Notes: generated by a model from the sequence alone, not told the origin. Numbered from the stretch's first letter, positions 44,657-57,523 are shown. The stretch: DNA of 64,000 bases from an uncultured Gemmataceae bacterium (GCA_963773845.1 CAVZCU010000015.1:327570-391569), one strand, 5' to 3'. Numbers and translations: made by a program.

Positions 44657-46378
44657 TTAACTTTTCACTTCAGCGGTCACCGCATGCCCGTTCGCCGTCG
44701 GCTCGATCTTCGGTGCGGCGACGTCCGGTGTCAGCTTGGCGACGAAGTCCGGTATCTCTACGCCGCCCACGTCCTTCATCACCTGCAACATCGGCGGCAT
44801 CGAGCGGGCGAGGCTTTGCAGGAAGTCGGTCGTGTTCGATTTGCCATCACCGTTGTGGCCGCCATTCTCCCAGACCACGACCTTATCGAACTTGATGTTC
44901 GAGATTGCTTGGGCGCTCGTCTGCGCCAGTTGATCCATGTGCTCCAGCATCAAGAGCTGGAACGCGGCCTGCGATGAACCGCACGCTTCGATGATCTTGC
45001 GCAAGCCATCGCCCTTCTTGGCCAGAATCTCGTAGTGTCCGCGGGCCTCGGCCTCGAGCTTCATGAACACGGCGGACGCCTGGGCCTGAGCATCGATCTT
45101 CACTTTCTCGGCCTGGGCCTCCGCGTCCACGATCGTGCGCGCTTTCTCGGCCTTGGCCGGCGCTTCGAGGATTGCTCGTTTTTCGGCTTCGACTTTCTCC
45201 GCTTCGGCCAATGCCGCCTTCGCCAACGCTCGGTTCTGCGCTTCCAGGACCGCGGCCTCGGCTTCGCGCTTTCTGGTCTCGGATAGTTGATATGCCTCCG
45301 CTTTCTTCACCGCCAGCTCGGCTTGGGCCTGGGCGACTTTGGCCTGGGCGGTCGCTTCGCCAGCCGTGGCGGTGGCGTTGGCGTCAGCGAGGCGAATGCG
45401 CTTTTCGCGATCGGCTTCGGCGACGAGCGATTCACGCTGGAAAACAGCTTTCTGTTCGCCGACTTTCTGATCGCGATCCAATTCGGCGATCTTGATCGCT
45501 TGTTGCCGTTGCGATTCTTTGATCTGAGCCTGCTGCTCGAGAAGGGCCGTTTGCTCGCCGACTTGAGTTTCTTTATCGAGTTGAGCGACGCGGACGGCCT
45601 GTTCGCGCAACGCTTCCTTTGTTCCGATTTCGCGCACCTTGGTGGCATTCGCAACACCGATCGCCCGTTCCCGCTCGGCTTCCGCGACGCCAGTCTGGCC
45701 TTTCTTCTCCTGCTCGGCCACATCAATTTTCGCCTGTTGCACCGCGGTCGCGGCGGCTTTGCGTCCGATCGCCTCGATGTAGCCGCTCTCGTCCGTGATG
45801 TCGGTAATGTTCACGTTGATCAGCACCAGGCCGATCTTCTTCAACTCCGGCTCGAGCGACTTCTGCACGCTCTCGAGAAACTTATCGCGATCGCGGTTGA
45901 TGTCTTCGATCCTCATGGATGCAATGACTTGCCGCATCTGCCCGAAGATGATGTCGCCCGCTTGTTGCTTGATGTCCTCGGTGTCCAGGCCGAGCAAACG
46001 AATCGCCGCGTTCTGCATTGTTTCCGCGTCAATGCCGATGGCCACGGTGAAAACGCTCGGTACGTTGACGCGAATGTTCTCGATCGAAAGCGCCCCCTTG
46101 AGCGGAACTTCAATCTGGATCGGTTCGAGACTCAGATAGGCGCAATCCTGGATGAGGGGGATCACGAAGGCAGCGCCGCCGTGGACGCACTTGGCTGCGT
46201 TGCCGCCCGATGTCTTGCCGAAGATCACCAACACGCGATTCGACGGGCAGCGCTTATCGCGCTTGGCGACGAACATCAACATGCCAAAGAGAATCAGGGC
46301 GGCGACCACGGCAGCGACGAGCGGCCACGGAATGCTGTCGGCCGAGAAGCCAGACTGCGCGAACAACGATGCGAGCAT
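44657..46378 (-). CDS. flotillin-family (SPFH/band-7) protein
   Basis: N-terminal TM, SPFH domain, long Ala/Glu-rich coiled coil; 573 aa. Confidence 0.85.
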   Translation of the reverse strand: MLASLFAQSGFSADSIPWPLVAAVVAALILFGMLMFVAKRDKRCPSNRVLVIFGKTSGGNAAKCVHGGAAFVIPLIQDCAYLSLEPIQIEVPLKGALSIENIRVNVPSVFTVAIGIDAETMQNAAIRLLGLDTEDIKQQAGDIIFGQMRQVIASMRIEDINRDRDKFLESVQKSLEPELKKIGLVLINVNITDITDESGYIEAIGRKAAATAVQQAKIDVAEQEKKGQTGVAEAERERAIGVANATKVREIGTKEALREQAVRVAQLDKETQVGEQTALLEQQAQIKESQRQQAIKIAELDRDQKVGEQKAVFQRESLVAEADREKRIRLADANATATAGEATAQAKVAQAQAELAVKKAEAYQLSETRKREAEAAVLEAQNRALAKAALAEAEKVEAEKRAILEAPAKAEKARTIVDAEAQAEKVKIDAQAQASAVFMKLEAEARGHYEILAKKGDGLRKIIEACGSSQAAFQLLMLEHMDQLAQTSAQAISNIKFDKVVVWENGGHNGDGKSNTTDFLQSLARSMPPMLQVMKDVGGVEIPDFVAKLTPDVAAPKIEPTANGHAVTAEVKS

Positions 46379-46381
46379 GAT

Positions 46382-46972
46382 TTACGCCTCCGAAATGGCA
46401 TGTGCGTGTGTGACTTCAACCGTATTGGGGCCTAGAAGCGCTACGACGCGAATCGGCGTTCCGGTCGGCAGCTCATCGGCCGCGGTGAACGCTTCCAACT
46501 CAACGGTGCGATTCTGCAGATTCAACGTCACTTTACCGGGACCGCTATTCTGGCGGGGCACGCGCAGATACACCGTGCCCGTACTGCCGAGCGCATTTTT
46601 GATTCGTACGGTCCCATCGGCCTTCAAGCGATACAGCATCTTCATGAGCGTCGCGACCAGATACAGAGCGGCGAATCCGGCCAGGACTGCGCTGGCCAGT
46701 TGCGCGGTCGTCGGCAGGTCGTAATAGATGGCAATAAGCCCGCCGAGGCCAAAGAACACAATCGCGGCACAGACAGCGCGAAACGTGAGGAGCCCGAGGA
46801 ACCAATTGCCATCGCCATGCCCGTCGACCGAATGATCGGCATCGTGATCGGCGCCAAAGTCGTGGTGGCCGGCGTCGCCGTGATCGCCCCCCAGGCCGAT
46901 CACACCGGCGAGAATTTGCAGCAAAATGAGCGTGCCGCCGAGTCCGGCACAAACCAGGAAAAACGCATACAT
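46382..46972 (-). CDS. NfeD-like membrane protein (flotillin partner)
   Basis: TM helices plus C-terminal OB-like domain; His/Asp-rich loop; directly upstream of flotillin. Confidence 0.65.
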   Translation of the reverse strand: MYAFFLVCAGLGGTLILLQILAGVIGLGGDHGDAGHHDFGADHDADHSVDGHGDGNWFLGLLTFRAVCAAIVFFGLGGLIAIYYDLPTTAQLASAVLAGFAALYLVATLMKMLYRLKADGTVRIKNALGSTGTVYLRVPRQNSGPGKVTLNLQNRTVELEAFTAADELPTGTPIRVVALLGPNTVEVTHAHAISEA

Positions 46973-47165
46973 CGGTCAGTCCTCCGCTGCTGCGAGTGTT
47001 GTCGGAGGGTTATTCGGGACGCCTTTCCCGGCATTCAATGGAAAGGCTGAATTCAGAGTAGCACTTGCCAACGATGAACACAAGAGAATAGTGCGCAAAG
47101 GTTTGTGGCAATCGAAATCGGTCGTCCCAATGCGAGGGCATCGCCGATTGCATAGAAAGCCTCCG

Positions 47166-48200
47166 ATGAACATTCCAATTCTGTCTCCTCTCCTGACTGC
47201 TGAACTTCCGGGCGTTCACGGCCGCATCAAGGTCGAACCGGCGGATTTTGAGGTCGAGGAGCTTCCAGCCTACGAGCCGTCCGGCTCCGGCGAGCACTTG
47301 TTCCTCTGGATCGAGAAGACCGATTTCGGAGCCGAATTCTTTGCACGGCAAATCGCTCGAAGGCTTGGCATTTCGAACGGCGAAGTCGGAACCGCCGGAT
47401 TAAAGGATCGCCGGGCAGTGACACGGCAATGGGTGTCGGTTCCGGCAAGTTGCGAATCTTCGCTGGGACAATTGGACGGGGGCGGTATCAAGTTGCTCCG
47501 TGTGTCGCGGCACACCAACAAGCTGAAACCCGGGCACTTGCGTGGCAATCGCTTCAACATCCTGATTCGGGATGCAGATGCGGGCGTTGATCCGGAGCCG
47601 GTTCTCAATCGCATTCGCGAGCACGGCCTGCCCAATTTTTACGGTCCGCAACGCTTTGGCCGCGATGGCGAGACCGCGACGCTGGGAATGTCGCTCCTGA
47701 AGGGCGAGTCCATCAAGGTTCGAAGCCCCTTTCTCCGCAAGCTCGCCCTCTCCGCCGCCCAGTCGCTTCTCTTCAACGACTATCTGAGCCGGCGGCTCGG
47801 CGATGGCTTGTTGCGAACTGTTTTGGCCGGCGATGTGATGACAAAATGGCCCGCCGGCGGAATTTTTTGGGTGGACGATGTGCCCGCCGAACAGGCACGA
47901 TTCGATGGCCGAGAAACGGTCTCCGCTGGGCCGATGTTCGGCCGCAAGATGTTCGCTGCAAAGGGAGTTGCGGCCGACCGCGAAGAGGCGGTGTTGGCCG
48001 CGGCCGGCTTGTCGCTCCGGTCGTTCGAGGGCTTCGGCAAGCTGCTTCAGGGTACTCGTCGGCATAATTTGATTTACCTTTCGGAGCTATCCGCAATATG
48101 GGAGTCAAACGGGCTACGGCTATTGTTCTCACTCCCGGCCGGGAGCTATGCCACGGTTCTCCTTCGTGAAGTCATGAAGGCGGAGGTCGAGGACGAGTAG
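47166..48200 (+). CDS. truD: tRNA pseudouridine(13) synthase TruD
   Basis: TruD motifs (GTAGLKDRRAVTRQW, NFYGPQRFG). Confidence 0.8.
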   Translation: MNIPILSPLLTAELPGVHGRIKVEPADFEVEELPAYEPSGSGEHLFLWIEKTDFGAEFFARQIARRLGISNGEVGTAGLKDRRAVTRQWVSVPASCESSLGQLDGGGIKLLRVSRHTNKLKPGHLRGNRFNILIRDADAGVDPEPVLNRIREHGLPNFYGPQRFGRDGETATLGMSLLKGESIKVRSPFLRKLALSAAQSLLFNDYLSRRLGDGLLRTVLAGDVMTKWPAGGIFWVDDVPAEQARFDGRETVSAGPMFGRKMFAAKGVAADREEAVLAAAGLSLRSFEGFGKLLQGTRRHNLIYLSELSAIWESNGLRLLFSLPAGSYATVLLREVMKAEVEDE

Positions 48201-48625
48201 GTCCGCCGAGCCGAGGCGGACCGGGCGGCGCCTGCGTAGCCGTCGTCCCGCTCGGCTCGCGGGACCTACGGAAGACCGCCGGCTGTAGGTCCGCCGAGCC
48301 GAGGCGGACCGGGCGGCGCCCGGGAACCGCTTCCTGCCGTCCTGCGGGGGCCGGCAGGTCCCGCTCGGCTCGCGGGACCTACGGAAGACCGCCGGCTGTA
48401 GGTCCGCCGAGCCGAGGCGGACCGGGCCGGCCCGGGAACCGCTTCCTGCCGTCCTGCGGGGGCCGGCAGGTCCCGCTCGGCTCGCGGGACCTACGGAAGA
48501 CCGCCGGCTGTAGGTCCGCCGAGCCGAGGCGGACTCAGCCGGCCCAGCGAGCCGAGCGCGACCGGCGCCGACTCGAGAGACGCAAGCCTGATCCGCCTCG
48601 GCTCGGCGGACCTACGAGGGGACTT
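48197..48625. repeat. tandem array (~3.7 copies) of a ~115-bp unit; each unit is a long hairpin (GTAGGTCCGCCGAGCCGAGGCGGAC … GTCCCGCTCGGCTCGCGGGACCTAC) with an internal small hairpin
   Basis: direct repeats starting at 48197, 48284, 48398, 48509; last unit ends in an inverted copy of the unit 5' end just before the dinB-like start. Confidence 0.8.
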
Positions 48626-49108
48626 ATGACCGCCATCGACCGAATCGTGCAGCAAATGAAGGCCTCCTTTGAAGGGGAAGCGTGGCACGGACCGTCCGTG
48701 CTTGAAGTGCTCAAGGACGTCGACGCCACGACGGCGGCAGCCCGGCCGATTGCGGGCGCTCACACCATTTGGGTGCTCGCTTTGCATCTGGCGGCCACGC
48801 AAACCCATATTCTCCGTCGCATTCGTGGCGAAGCAGCCGGGCTGAACGACAGCGAATTCTGGGAACACATGCCGGCGCCGACCACGGACAACTGGCGAGC
48901 GCTTATGGAACGATTGGCCCGGCAACAGAAAGATCTCGAAGCCGCCGTCGCCGCGTTCCCGGAGGACCGGCTGGACCAACGGCTCATTGCCGAGAAAGAG
49001 TCGTCGGCCTATGAGAACTTTCATGGCGTCATTCAGCACAATGCCTATCACGCAGGACAGATCGCTTTGCTGAAGAAAGCCGTACTCGCCGCCAATGGGC
49101 GTTCGTGA
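48626..49108 (+). CDS. DinB/YfiT-family (DinB_2) protein
   Basis: four-helix-bundle His motifs (HTIWVLALH…H…H). Confidence 0.7.
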   Translation: MTAIDRIVQQMKASFEGEAWHGPSVLEVLKDVDATTAAARPIAGAHTIWVLALHLAATQTHILRRIRGEAAGLNDSEFWEHMPAPTTDNWRALMERLARQQKDLEAAVAAFPEDRLDQRLIAEKESSAYENFHGVIQHNAYHAGQIALLKKAVLAANGRS

Positions 49109-49389
49109 ATTGCAAGGCTCATGTGCAATGAATCGAGTGCTCTGCTGGTCGATGGTTAGGTCAAATGATGCGGAAAATGGATTGCACGGCTCGTGACCGG
49201 GGGTTGCAGCGCAATCCATCCACTCGATGTGTGTGACTCCGGATGAACTGACTCCAAGCCGTACTGCCCTGTCGGCGACATGCCCATTTGAATAGGCTGA
49301 AGCTGAGATGATGCGGAAGTCTGGCCCCGTTTTTGCGAATCCTTTTGAATAGCTGGCAACACTAACCCAGTGGACAGGGAGCCCGTGGC

Positions 49390-49953
49390 ATGGCAGAATC
49401 CGCGACTGGCGAGTTGACGCCTGAACGCGTGTTCCGTGATTATGCGCCCCGGGTATACAACCTGGCCCGGCGAATGCTTGGCAACGATGCGGATGCCGAG
49501 GATGTCACGCAGGACGTTCTGTTGCAAGTCGTTCGCAAATTGGATACGTTTCGGGGTGAGGCGGCATTGCCCACATGGCTGCACCGCGTGACAGTCAATG
49601 CCGCCCTTGCTGCCCGGCGAAAGCGGGCGCGACGCGATGAGGGGCGAGTTTATGACCCCCTCGACGGGTTCAACGACGACGGTCACCACGCCGGGCATGT
49701 TCGACCCTGGCCTCGCTTGCCCGATTCGATCGCCCTGGATCAGGAGCAGAAGCAGGTTATTGAAAAGGCCATCTCCGGATTGCCGGAAATGTATCGCGAT
49801 GTCTTTGTCCTCGCCGATGTGGAACAACTGCCGAACTCCGAAATCGCGGAACTCTTGGATCTGACGGTGCCGGCGGTCAAGAGCCGCTTGCACCGAGCGC
49901 GCTTGATGATGCGCGATGCACTCACCGGGCATTATGAGGAGCGCTTGCAATGA
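49390..49953 (+). CDS. ECF (sigma-70 family) RNA polymerase sigma factor
   Basis: region 2 (DVTQDVLLQV) and region 4 (DVFVLADVEQLPNSEIAELLDLTVPAVKSRLHRAR). Confidence 0.85.
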   Translation: MAESATGELTPERVFRDYAPRVYNLARRMLGNDADAEDVTQDVLLQVVRKLDTFRGEAALPTWLHRVTVNAALAARRKRARRDEGRVYDPLDGFNDDGHHAGHVRPWPRLPDSIALDQEQKQVIEKAISGLPEMYRDVFVLADVEQLPNSEIAELLDLTVPAVKSRLHRARLMMRDALTGHYEERLQ

Positions 49954-50189
49954 CGTTGACCTGCCGGAAAGTGACCGAGATCTTAATTGACTACGTGGAC
50001 GGCACCCTGGCAGTCGAAGAACGGACTCTGCTCGAACGACACCTGTGCGGCTGCGTTCCGTGCGCCATTTACATGCATACCTATCACGACACCATTCGAT
50101 TGACGCGTGCCCTGCCCGACGAACCGCTTCCTCCCGAGTTTGCTGCCCGTCTGAAATCGATGATCGAAAAAGAATGTCCACGCGAATAA
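49950..50189 (+). CDS. anti-sigma factor, zf-HC2 type
   Basis: HLCGCVPC…H motif; start overlaps sigma stop (ATGA). Confidence 0.7.
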   Translation: MTLTCRKVTEILIDYVDGTLAVEERTLLERHLCGCVPCAIYMHTYHDTIRLTRALPDEPLPPEFAARLKSMIEKECPRE

Positions 50190-50199
50190 ATCCTGCTTC

Positions 50200-51157
50200 T
50201 TGACGCGCGTCCCCACCCATCGGACAATCCCCCCATCGTCCACCCGAATTCTGGAGAACTCCATGATCCGCACCCGCCTTGTGTTGGTATGCGCGCTCGC
50301 CGCGCACGGGCGTCCTGTTCGCCGAGGAGAAATACACCATCAAGCTCAGACACTCCGCCAAGGGAGACGTCGCCCTGCATAGTCGACAGTCGAACAAGAC
50401 GGAAGCAGTCACGGTCGTAGGCCCCGACGGGAAAGTGGCCCAGGAAAAGAAACAGACAACTGTCGACGTCGACAAGTACAAGCAAGAAGTGCTCGAAAAG
50501 ACCGCGGGAAAACTCCCAAACAAAGTGAAACGAACCTACTCTGAAGCGAAAACGACGGTTGACGACCAGACCGAAAAGCGCGCCTACGACGGCAAGGAAG
50601 TGTTGATCGAGAAGAAAGAGGATGGGTATCACTTCACGGTGGATGGCCAAGAGTTGACAGGTACCGAGGCGGGCAGTCTGCCGCAGAACTTCAATGCCAA
50701 GAAGCCGAGCGACGACGATATGGACAAGCTGATGCTGCCGACCGATCCGGTCGCCGTCGGCGTGGCGTGGAAGATTGACGGCAAGAAGCTGATCAAATTG
50801 TTCGGTGATGACGAGAAGACGATCCAGTCGCTCGATTTCGACAAAGCGAAGGGCGCCGGCAAGCTCACCAAGGCGTACAAGACGGACGGCCGGCAATATG
50901 GCGTGTTGGAATTCCACTTCGAGGTCCCCTTGAAGGCGCTCCAGGGAATGTACCCGTGCCGAGAAGGCGCTAAACTGGTCATGACCGTCGTGGCCGACGG
51001 CTGCATCGACGGCACGGCCGAAGCCGATTCGGCGACGTTCAAGACCAAGGCGACCGGAACGGCCGATCATGTTCAGGATGGGCAAAAGACAGGTGTGGTT
51101 ATCAAATTCGACATTGAATCGGTGGAAAAAGGAACAACGACGCCGGTGAAGAAGTGA
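50200..51157 (+). pseudogene. secreted Lys-rich hypothetical protein downstream of the sigma/anti-sigma pair; signal peptide in one frame, body in another (indel near 50245)
   Basis: MIRTRLVLVCALAA in frame 1, then …VLFAEEKYTIKLRH… in frame 2. Confidence 0.45.
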
Positions 51158-51210
51158 AATGACCGCGTGGGTACCCGGCCGGTGCGAAATGTGCCGGCCC
51201 GGACCATGGA

Positions 51211-51870
51211 TTATCCGTGCTGATCGAGTTCACCGAACAAATCCGCCAATTTCATTGAAAAGCCGGGCAAGACCGGATCACCGCCGAGCGCGTCGGATTG
51301 CTTGAGTACGGTGAAATTTCCGGGTGATGTGTAGACCGCCACCGTTCGCGATTCGGGGTCAATTTCCCAAACGAGCCGAACGCCGATCCGGAAATACTCG
51401 TTGCGCTTGATCTCCATTTCTTTCTTCGTGTTGCTTTCGCTCAAGACTTCGACGGCAATTTCGGGGGCAATTTCGGGAATCGCCTGGTCCGGCATCCGGC
51501 GATCCGGCAGTCGATCCCAACTGATGTATGCGACATCTGGTATGCGCACCCGGCCCGGCCAAAGACGAATGGTTCCGTCGGCCCCTGCCACAAGGCCAAG
51601 CTTTTTCGGCTTAGCGAAGTCCCGAAGCGCCGAAGCAATGGCGATCGCGAGAATCGACTCCTTAAACCCCATGGGCTTCTCCACGAGTACGCCATCGATA
51701 AGTTCGCAAAGTCGCTTGCGCGGGGCTTCCATCAATCGGATTACATCTTCCTCTGTCGCAGTCCCGGGAGGAGGCCGCACAATGACTCGGCTGGGCGGAA
51801 TGCCCCCGAGTTCTTCGAGCAGGTCCGACAGAGCATTTCGCTCTTCGTTGATCTCGATGACAACTGACAT
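51211..51870 (-). CDS. Uma2-family (DUF820) endonuclease
   Basis: characteristic Uma2 layout with acidic catalytic core. Confidence 0.7.
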   Translation of the reverse strand: MSVVIEINEERNALSDLLEELGGIPPSRVIVRPPPGTATEEDVIRLMEAPRKRLCELIDGVLVEKPMGFKESILAIAIASALRDFAKPKKLGLVAGADGTIRLWPGRVRIPDVAYISWDRLPDRRMPDQAIPEIAPEIAVEVLSESNTKKEMEIKRNEYFRIGVRLVWEIDPESRTVAVYTSPGNFTVLKQSDALGGDPVLPGFSMKLADLFGELDQHG

Positions 51871-51925
51871 TCGTTCCTCCGATCTCAATCACCAGCCATC
51901 ATCTTACCACGACCTACGACCGCCT

Positions 51926-53475
<1,550 letters not shown>

Positions 53476-53553
53476 GATAGGAGTGTCTTAGCCTGGCGGG
53501 CTGGAAAAGCAATCGGCAGGGGTCTCGTGCCCGTCGTAGCCGAACGCTCAGTG

Positions 53554-53832
53554 TCAAAAAAGGAAGGCGGCGAAGATGGCTAACATGGCCAAGGCGGCCA
53601 GGGTTTTCTCCATCCCCCTTTTTGCCATGTTCCTTGCCAAGAAGGCCATCTTTTTGATCTTCGGTCTTTCCAATGTTATGGACCCAGTAATCGTCTCCGA
53701 TGGGGACTGTCCAGACATAGACGCCCGGCACGAGTGAAACAGCTGGCTTCGCGACGACCAAGTTGGGATTGTTGGCCCCGTCAACAATCGCATAGGGACC
53801 GTGCCATTCGAGATGAAATGATTCGTCGGCCA
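53554..53832 (-). CDS. small tail-anchored hypothetical protein (~93 aa) upstream of the thiC riboswitch; needs a 1-nt correction in an A5G5 run near 53610; duplicate at 54706-54984
   Basis: GGGAG RBS 6 nt before ATG; MADESFHLEWHGPYAIVDG…; corrected frame ends in hydrophobic KTLAALAMLAIFAAFLF*. Confidence 0.35.
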   Translation of the reverse strand, partial: WPTNHFISNGTVPMRLLTGPTIPTWSSRSQLFHSCRASMSGQSPSETITGSITLERPKIKKMAFLARNMAKRGMEKTLAALAMLAIFAAFLF

Positions 53833-54118
53833 TCGCGACTCCCACGTTTACAGCATTAGAGCCCGCTTTCGGCCGACCATCTTCCCAGCCATGACCGGCC
53901 CACGCAAGCGCTTTCCAGGACCTGATTCTCGCCACCGAAAGCGACCGCGGAATCGGTCGTTAGTGCGGGAACTCGAAAGTGCAAACAAACTCTGTCCAAC
54001 CGTATGCCCATTCCCCGTGCGGGCCGGACGGAAAGTGACTGGGAAGGACCCGGAAGGCGATCTGGTATTGCCGCCAAGCTGCACCGCCTGACCTTTCACA
54101 AGTGGTCAAGATTTGTCA

Positions 54119-54580
<462 letters not shown>

Positions 54581-55257
54581 CTAAGGGTCTACTCTCAGCC
54601 CCGACGTACGGCCGGGGCACCCCTAGCGATAGGAGTGTCTTAGCCTGGCGGGCTGGAAAAGCAATCGGCAGGGGTCTCGTGCCCGTCGTAGCCGAACGCT
54701 CAGTGTCAAAAAAGGAAGGCGGCGAAGATGGCTAACATGGCCAAGGCGGCCAGGGTTTTCTCCATCCCCCTTTTTGCCATGTTCCTTGCCAAGAAGGCCA
54801 TCTTTTTGATCTTCGGTCTTTCCAATGTTATGGACCCAGTAATCGTCTCCGATGGGGACTGTCCAGACATAGACGCCCGGCACGAGTGAAACAGCTGGCT
54901 TCGCGACGACCAAGTTGGGATTGTTGGCCCCGTCAACAATCGCATAGGGACCGTGCCATTCGAGATGAAATGATTCGTCGGCCATCGCGACTCCCACGTT
55001 TACAGCATTAGAGCCCGCTTTCGGCCGACCATCTTCCCAGCCATGACCGGCCCACGCAAGCGCTTTCCAGGACCTGATTCTCGCCACCGAAAGCGACCGC
55101 GGAATCGGTCGTTAGTGCGGGAACTCGAAAGTGCAAACAAACTCTGTCCAACCGTATGCCCATTCCCCGTGCGGGCCGGACGGAAAGTGACTGGGAAGGA
55201 CCCGGAAGGCGATCTGGTATTGCCGCCAAGCTGCACCGCCTGACCTTTCACAAGTGG

Positions 55258-55902
55258 TCAAGATTTGTCAGTCGTGCTGCCGTCGCATGAGAACTGCTCC
55301 ATTGCCAAGTGCCCAGTGAAGTTCTTGCATGTACCAGTGAAGATCGCTAACGATTCCGCGTCCTTACGATTCCAGACCAGAATCTGAAAACTTGGAATCG
55401 AGTGCAACGGAAAGTCTCCCTGAAGGCGCCACTCTCGCTCCCAGGTGAAGTCGACTCCCCCGTCAAATCGCATGTGTCTCCACTTTTCCTCGGCCGGAAT
55501 CCATCCACTCTCGGCGTCAGGCAAGTAAATTACTGGCCTCGCCCCTGCGTCGAAAGCTACTCTCTTACTTACCGCGATGCGATAGTAGCTGTAGCGACTC
55601 ACTATATGCTGAACGTTTGACAAAGGCGTTTCTGTGAAACAAGCGGCGGTGCGCGTGCCCTTGATATGGCCGTGGTTGTTGCTGCCTTTTACGACCCCGT
55701 CTTTCAGAATCTCCCCCAAAACCGAGAGTGGTGCGAACTTTGGACCCCGGACCGCGTCCTGAAAACCCCTTGGCTCCCAATGCCGCCCTTTGCCCGTGCG
55801 ACCTTTGGTCAGGTGAATGAGATAATCTGACACATCCGAGCGCGTACCGTTGGGCATGGAATCGTTCCCGAAAGTGCTGTATTGGCCGTGGTTGGGCATC
55901 AC
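55258..55902 (-). CDS. hypothetical protein, possibly abortive-infection AbiGi-like domain
   Basis: YLIHLTK … AACFTETPL … RPVIYLPD resembles Abi-type family signatures; weak. Confidence 0.35.
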   Translation of the reverse strand: MMPNHGQYSTFGNDSMPNGTRSDVSDYLIHLTKGRTGKGRHWEPRGFQDAVRGPKFAPLSVLGEILKDGVVKGSNNHGHIKGTRTAACFTETPLSNVQHIVSRYSYYRIAVSKRVAFDAGARPVIYLPDAESGWIPAEEKWRHMRFDGGVDFTWEREWRLQGDFPLHSIPSFQILVWNRKDAESLAIFTGTCKNFTGHLAMEQFSCDGSTTDKS

Positions 55903-56291
55903 CGGGCGCTAACCTCTAATTGCCCTAATGTTCGCACATCGACAGCGGCCGTACAAGTTGATGCCTATTTTCCCCGAAGCCTAGCGGCAGGACGTATTAC
56001 GATTTCCCCCCTTCGCCCTGTTGCAGCATCCGGGCCAGCGCTGCCCGCTCGTCGGCAGTCAGCCCGGCAACGAGTTTCGACAGCATCGACAAGGCCGGTG
56101 AAGGTGAATCGTCCGAAAGTGCGCCGGATTCTGCGCCGCCTGTCAGTGAAACATGCGGTTTCTCTGCAGAAATAGCGGGGTTGTTCGACTCCTGTCGGGC
56201 GTATCTTTCCTACGACGCGACGCTTAGGTAGCGCTGCGGTCAACAAACTAGGACGCTGGCGGTAGTTGCTATTAGCAGCGAGAACTGCGGG

Positions 56292-57281
56292 TTAACAGAC
56301 AATTGCCTTGTTCTCTGAGTTGCCCCCGATGTCATCCGGGTGCGTAACGCGGGATAGGCTTCCCTTCGGCGGCAAGCGCACGTTCCAGGCGAGACCGAGG
56401 ATGGCAAGGAGACGGATGACGAAATAGCTGAGGTCCGGTTGCCACCACTTGAGACCATGGCGAGCGGACGTGGGAAACGCATGGTGACTGTTGTGCCAGC
56501 CTTCGCCGAAAGCCAGGATGCCAAGGATATAGTTATTTCGACTTTGATCGTTGGAGTCGTGCGGACGTGAGCCCCAGAGATGTCCGATCGAATTCACACT
56601 CCAAGTCACATGGTGCACGAAGAAGACGCGCACGAGGCCGCCCCACAATAGCCCACGAACAACGCCGATCCACGATTCCGTCAGCAATCCGCCCAGGACC
56701 GCCGGTATCAATAGCCCCAACCCGACCCAGCCCAGAAAGAGCTTGTCGACTGCAATCAGAGTCCGACTCCGGCGCAAATCCGAAACGTAGCGCGATAAGC
56801 GGGGCGGTTCTGGAAGGAATACCCAACCAATGTGCGCATGCCAAAAGCCTCTCAGCCAAGCCAGGACTCCGCGCCCGTAGCGGTGCGGCGAATGCGGGTC
56901 GGCTTCGGTGTCACTGTGCTGGTGGTGTCGGCGGTGATTGGCCACCCATTTCATTACCGCACCCTGAACAGCCATCGAGCCGAGGGCGGCGAGCACGAAC
57001 TTGATGAACGTGTAAGTCTCAAACGAGCGGTGTACTAGCAATCGGTGAAAACCGACAGTGATGCCGAGCCCGGTAAGCAGATAAAGGCCGACCAGTAATC
57101 CGACGTCGACCCAAGTCAATCCCCATCCCCACAGGAGCGCCACTGCGGCGACCAGACCTGCAAAAGGCAAAGCGACCCCGATCGCCGTGGTCACTTGGAG
57201 CAGGCGCGACGGCTTGAGAGGGGGTGCGTTGTCGGAACCAAATTCATGAGCGTCGATCGGATTCTCTCCAAATAACCGCAC
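56292..57281 (-). CDS. acyl-CoA (delta-9-type) fatty acid desaturase
   Basis: three His boxes HRLLVH, HRRHHQH, HNSHHAF; four TM helices. Confidence 0.85.
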   Translation of the reverse strand: MRLFGENPIDAHEFGSDNAPPLKPSRLLQVTTAIGVALPFAGLVAAVALLWGWGLTWVDVGLLVGLYLLTGLGITVGFHRLLVHRSFETYTFIKFVLAALGSMAVQGAVMKWVANHRRHHQHSDTEADPHSPHRYGRGVLAWLRGFWHAHIGWVFLPEPPRLSRYVSDLRRSRTLIAVDKLFLGWVGLGLLIPAVLGGLLTESWIGVVRGLLWGGLVRVFFVHHVTWSVNSIGHLWGSRPHDSNDQSRNNYILGILAFGEGWHNSHHAFPTSARHGLKWWQPDLSYFVIRLLAILGLAWNVRLPPKGSLSRVTHPDDIGGNSENKAIVC

Positions 57282-57523
57282 CGGGCGGCTCAGTCGGTGG
57301 GAGGATGAAATTGTAGTGGAAACTCCGCGGTCCCAGCATCCACTGGACGCGCAATTCCGGCAATCTGACTATCGATCCACGGAAAACATGACAAATCTTG
57401 CTAGTTTCCAACAATTAGTACATTTCAGGGGGCCGGAACATCGGCATCGACTACAGTAATCTGTCATAGAAGGCCGACAAGTTCATCCGAACGCACGCCC
57501 GGTTGCCGATCAGGAGGAGAGCC

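Noticed and set aside
48197-48625. Possible CRISPR array (regular direct repeats)
   Set aside because: Unit is ~115 bp with no interspersed unique spacers; units are contiguous hairpins. No cas genes nearby.
48491-49219. 242-aa minus-strand ORF
   Set aside because: Spans the tandem hairpin repeats and runs antisense to the DinB-family gene; no protein-like features.
50084-51085. 333-aa minus-strand ORF
   Set aside because: Antisense to the secreted Lys-rich protein gene; Arg/Leu-rich shadow composition.
55990-56110. Short minus-strand peptide (…MLSKLVAGLTADERAALARMLQQGEGGKS)
   Set aside because: Only ~30 codons from the first Met, no RBS context checked; insufficient support to call a gene.
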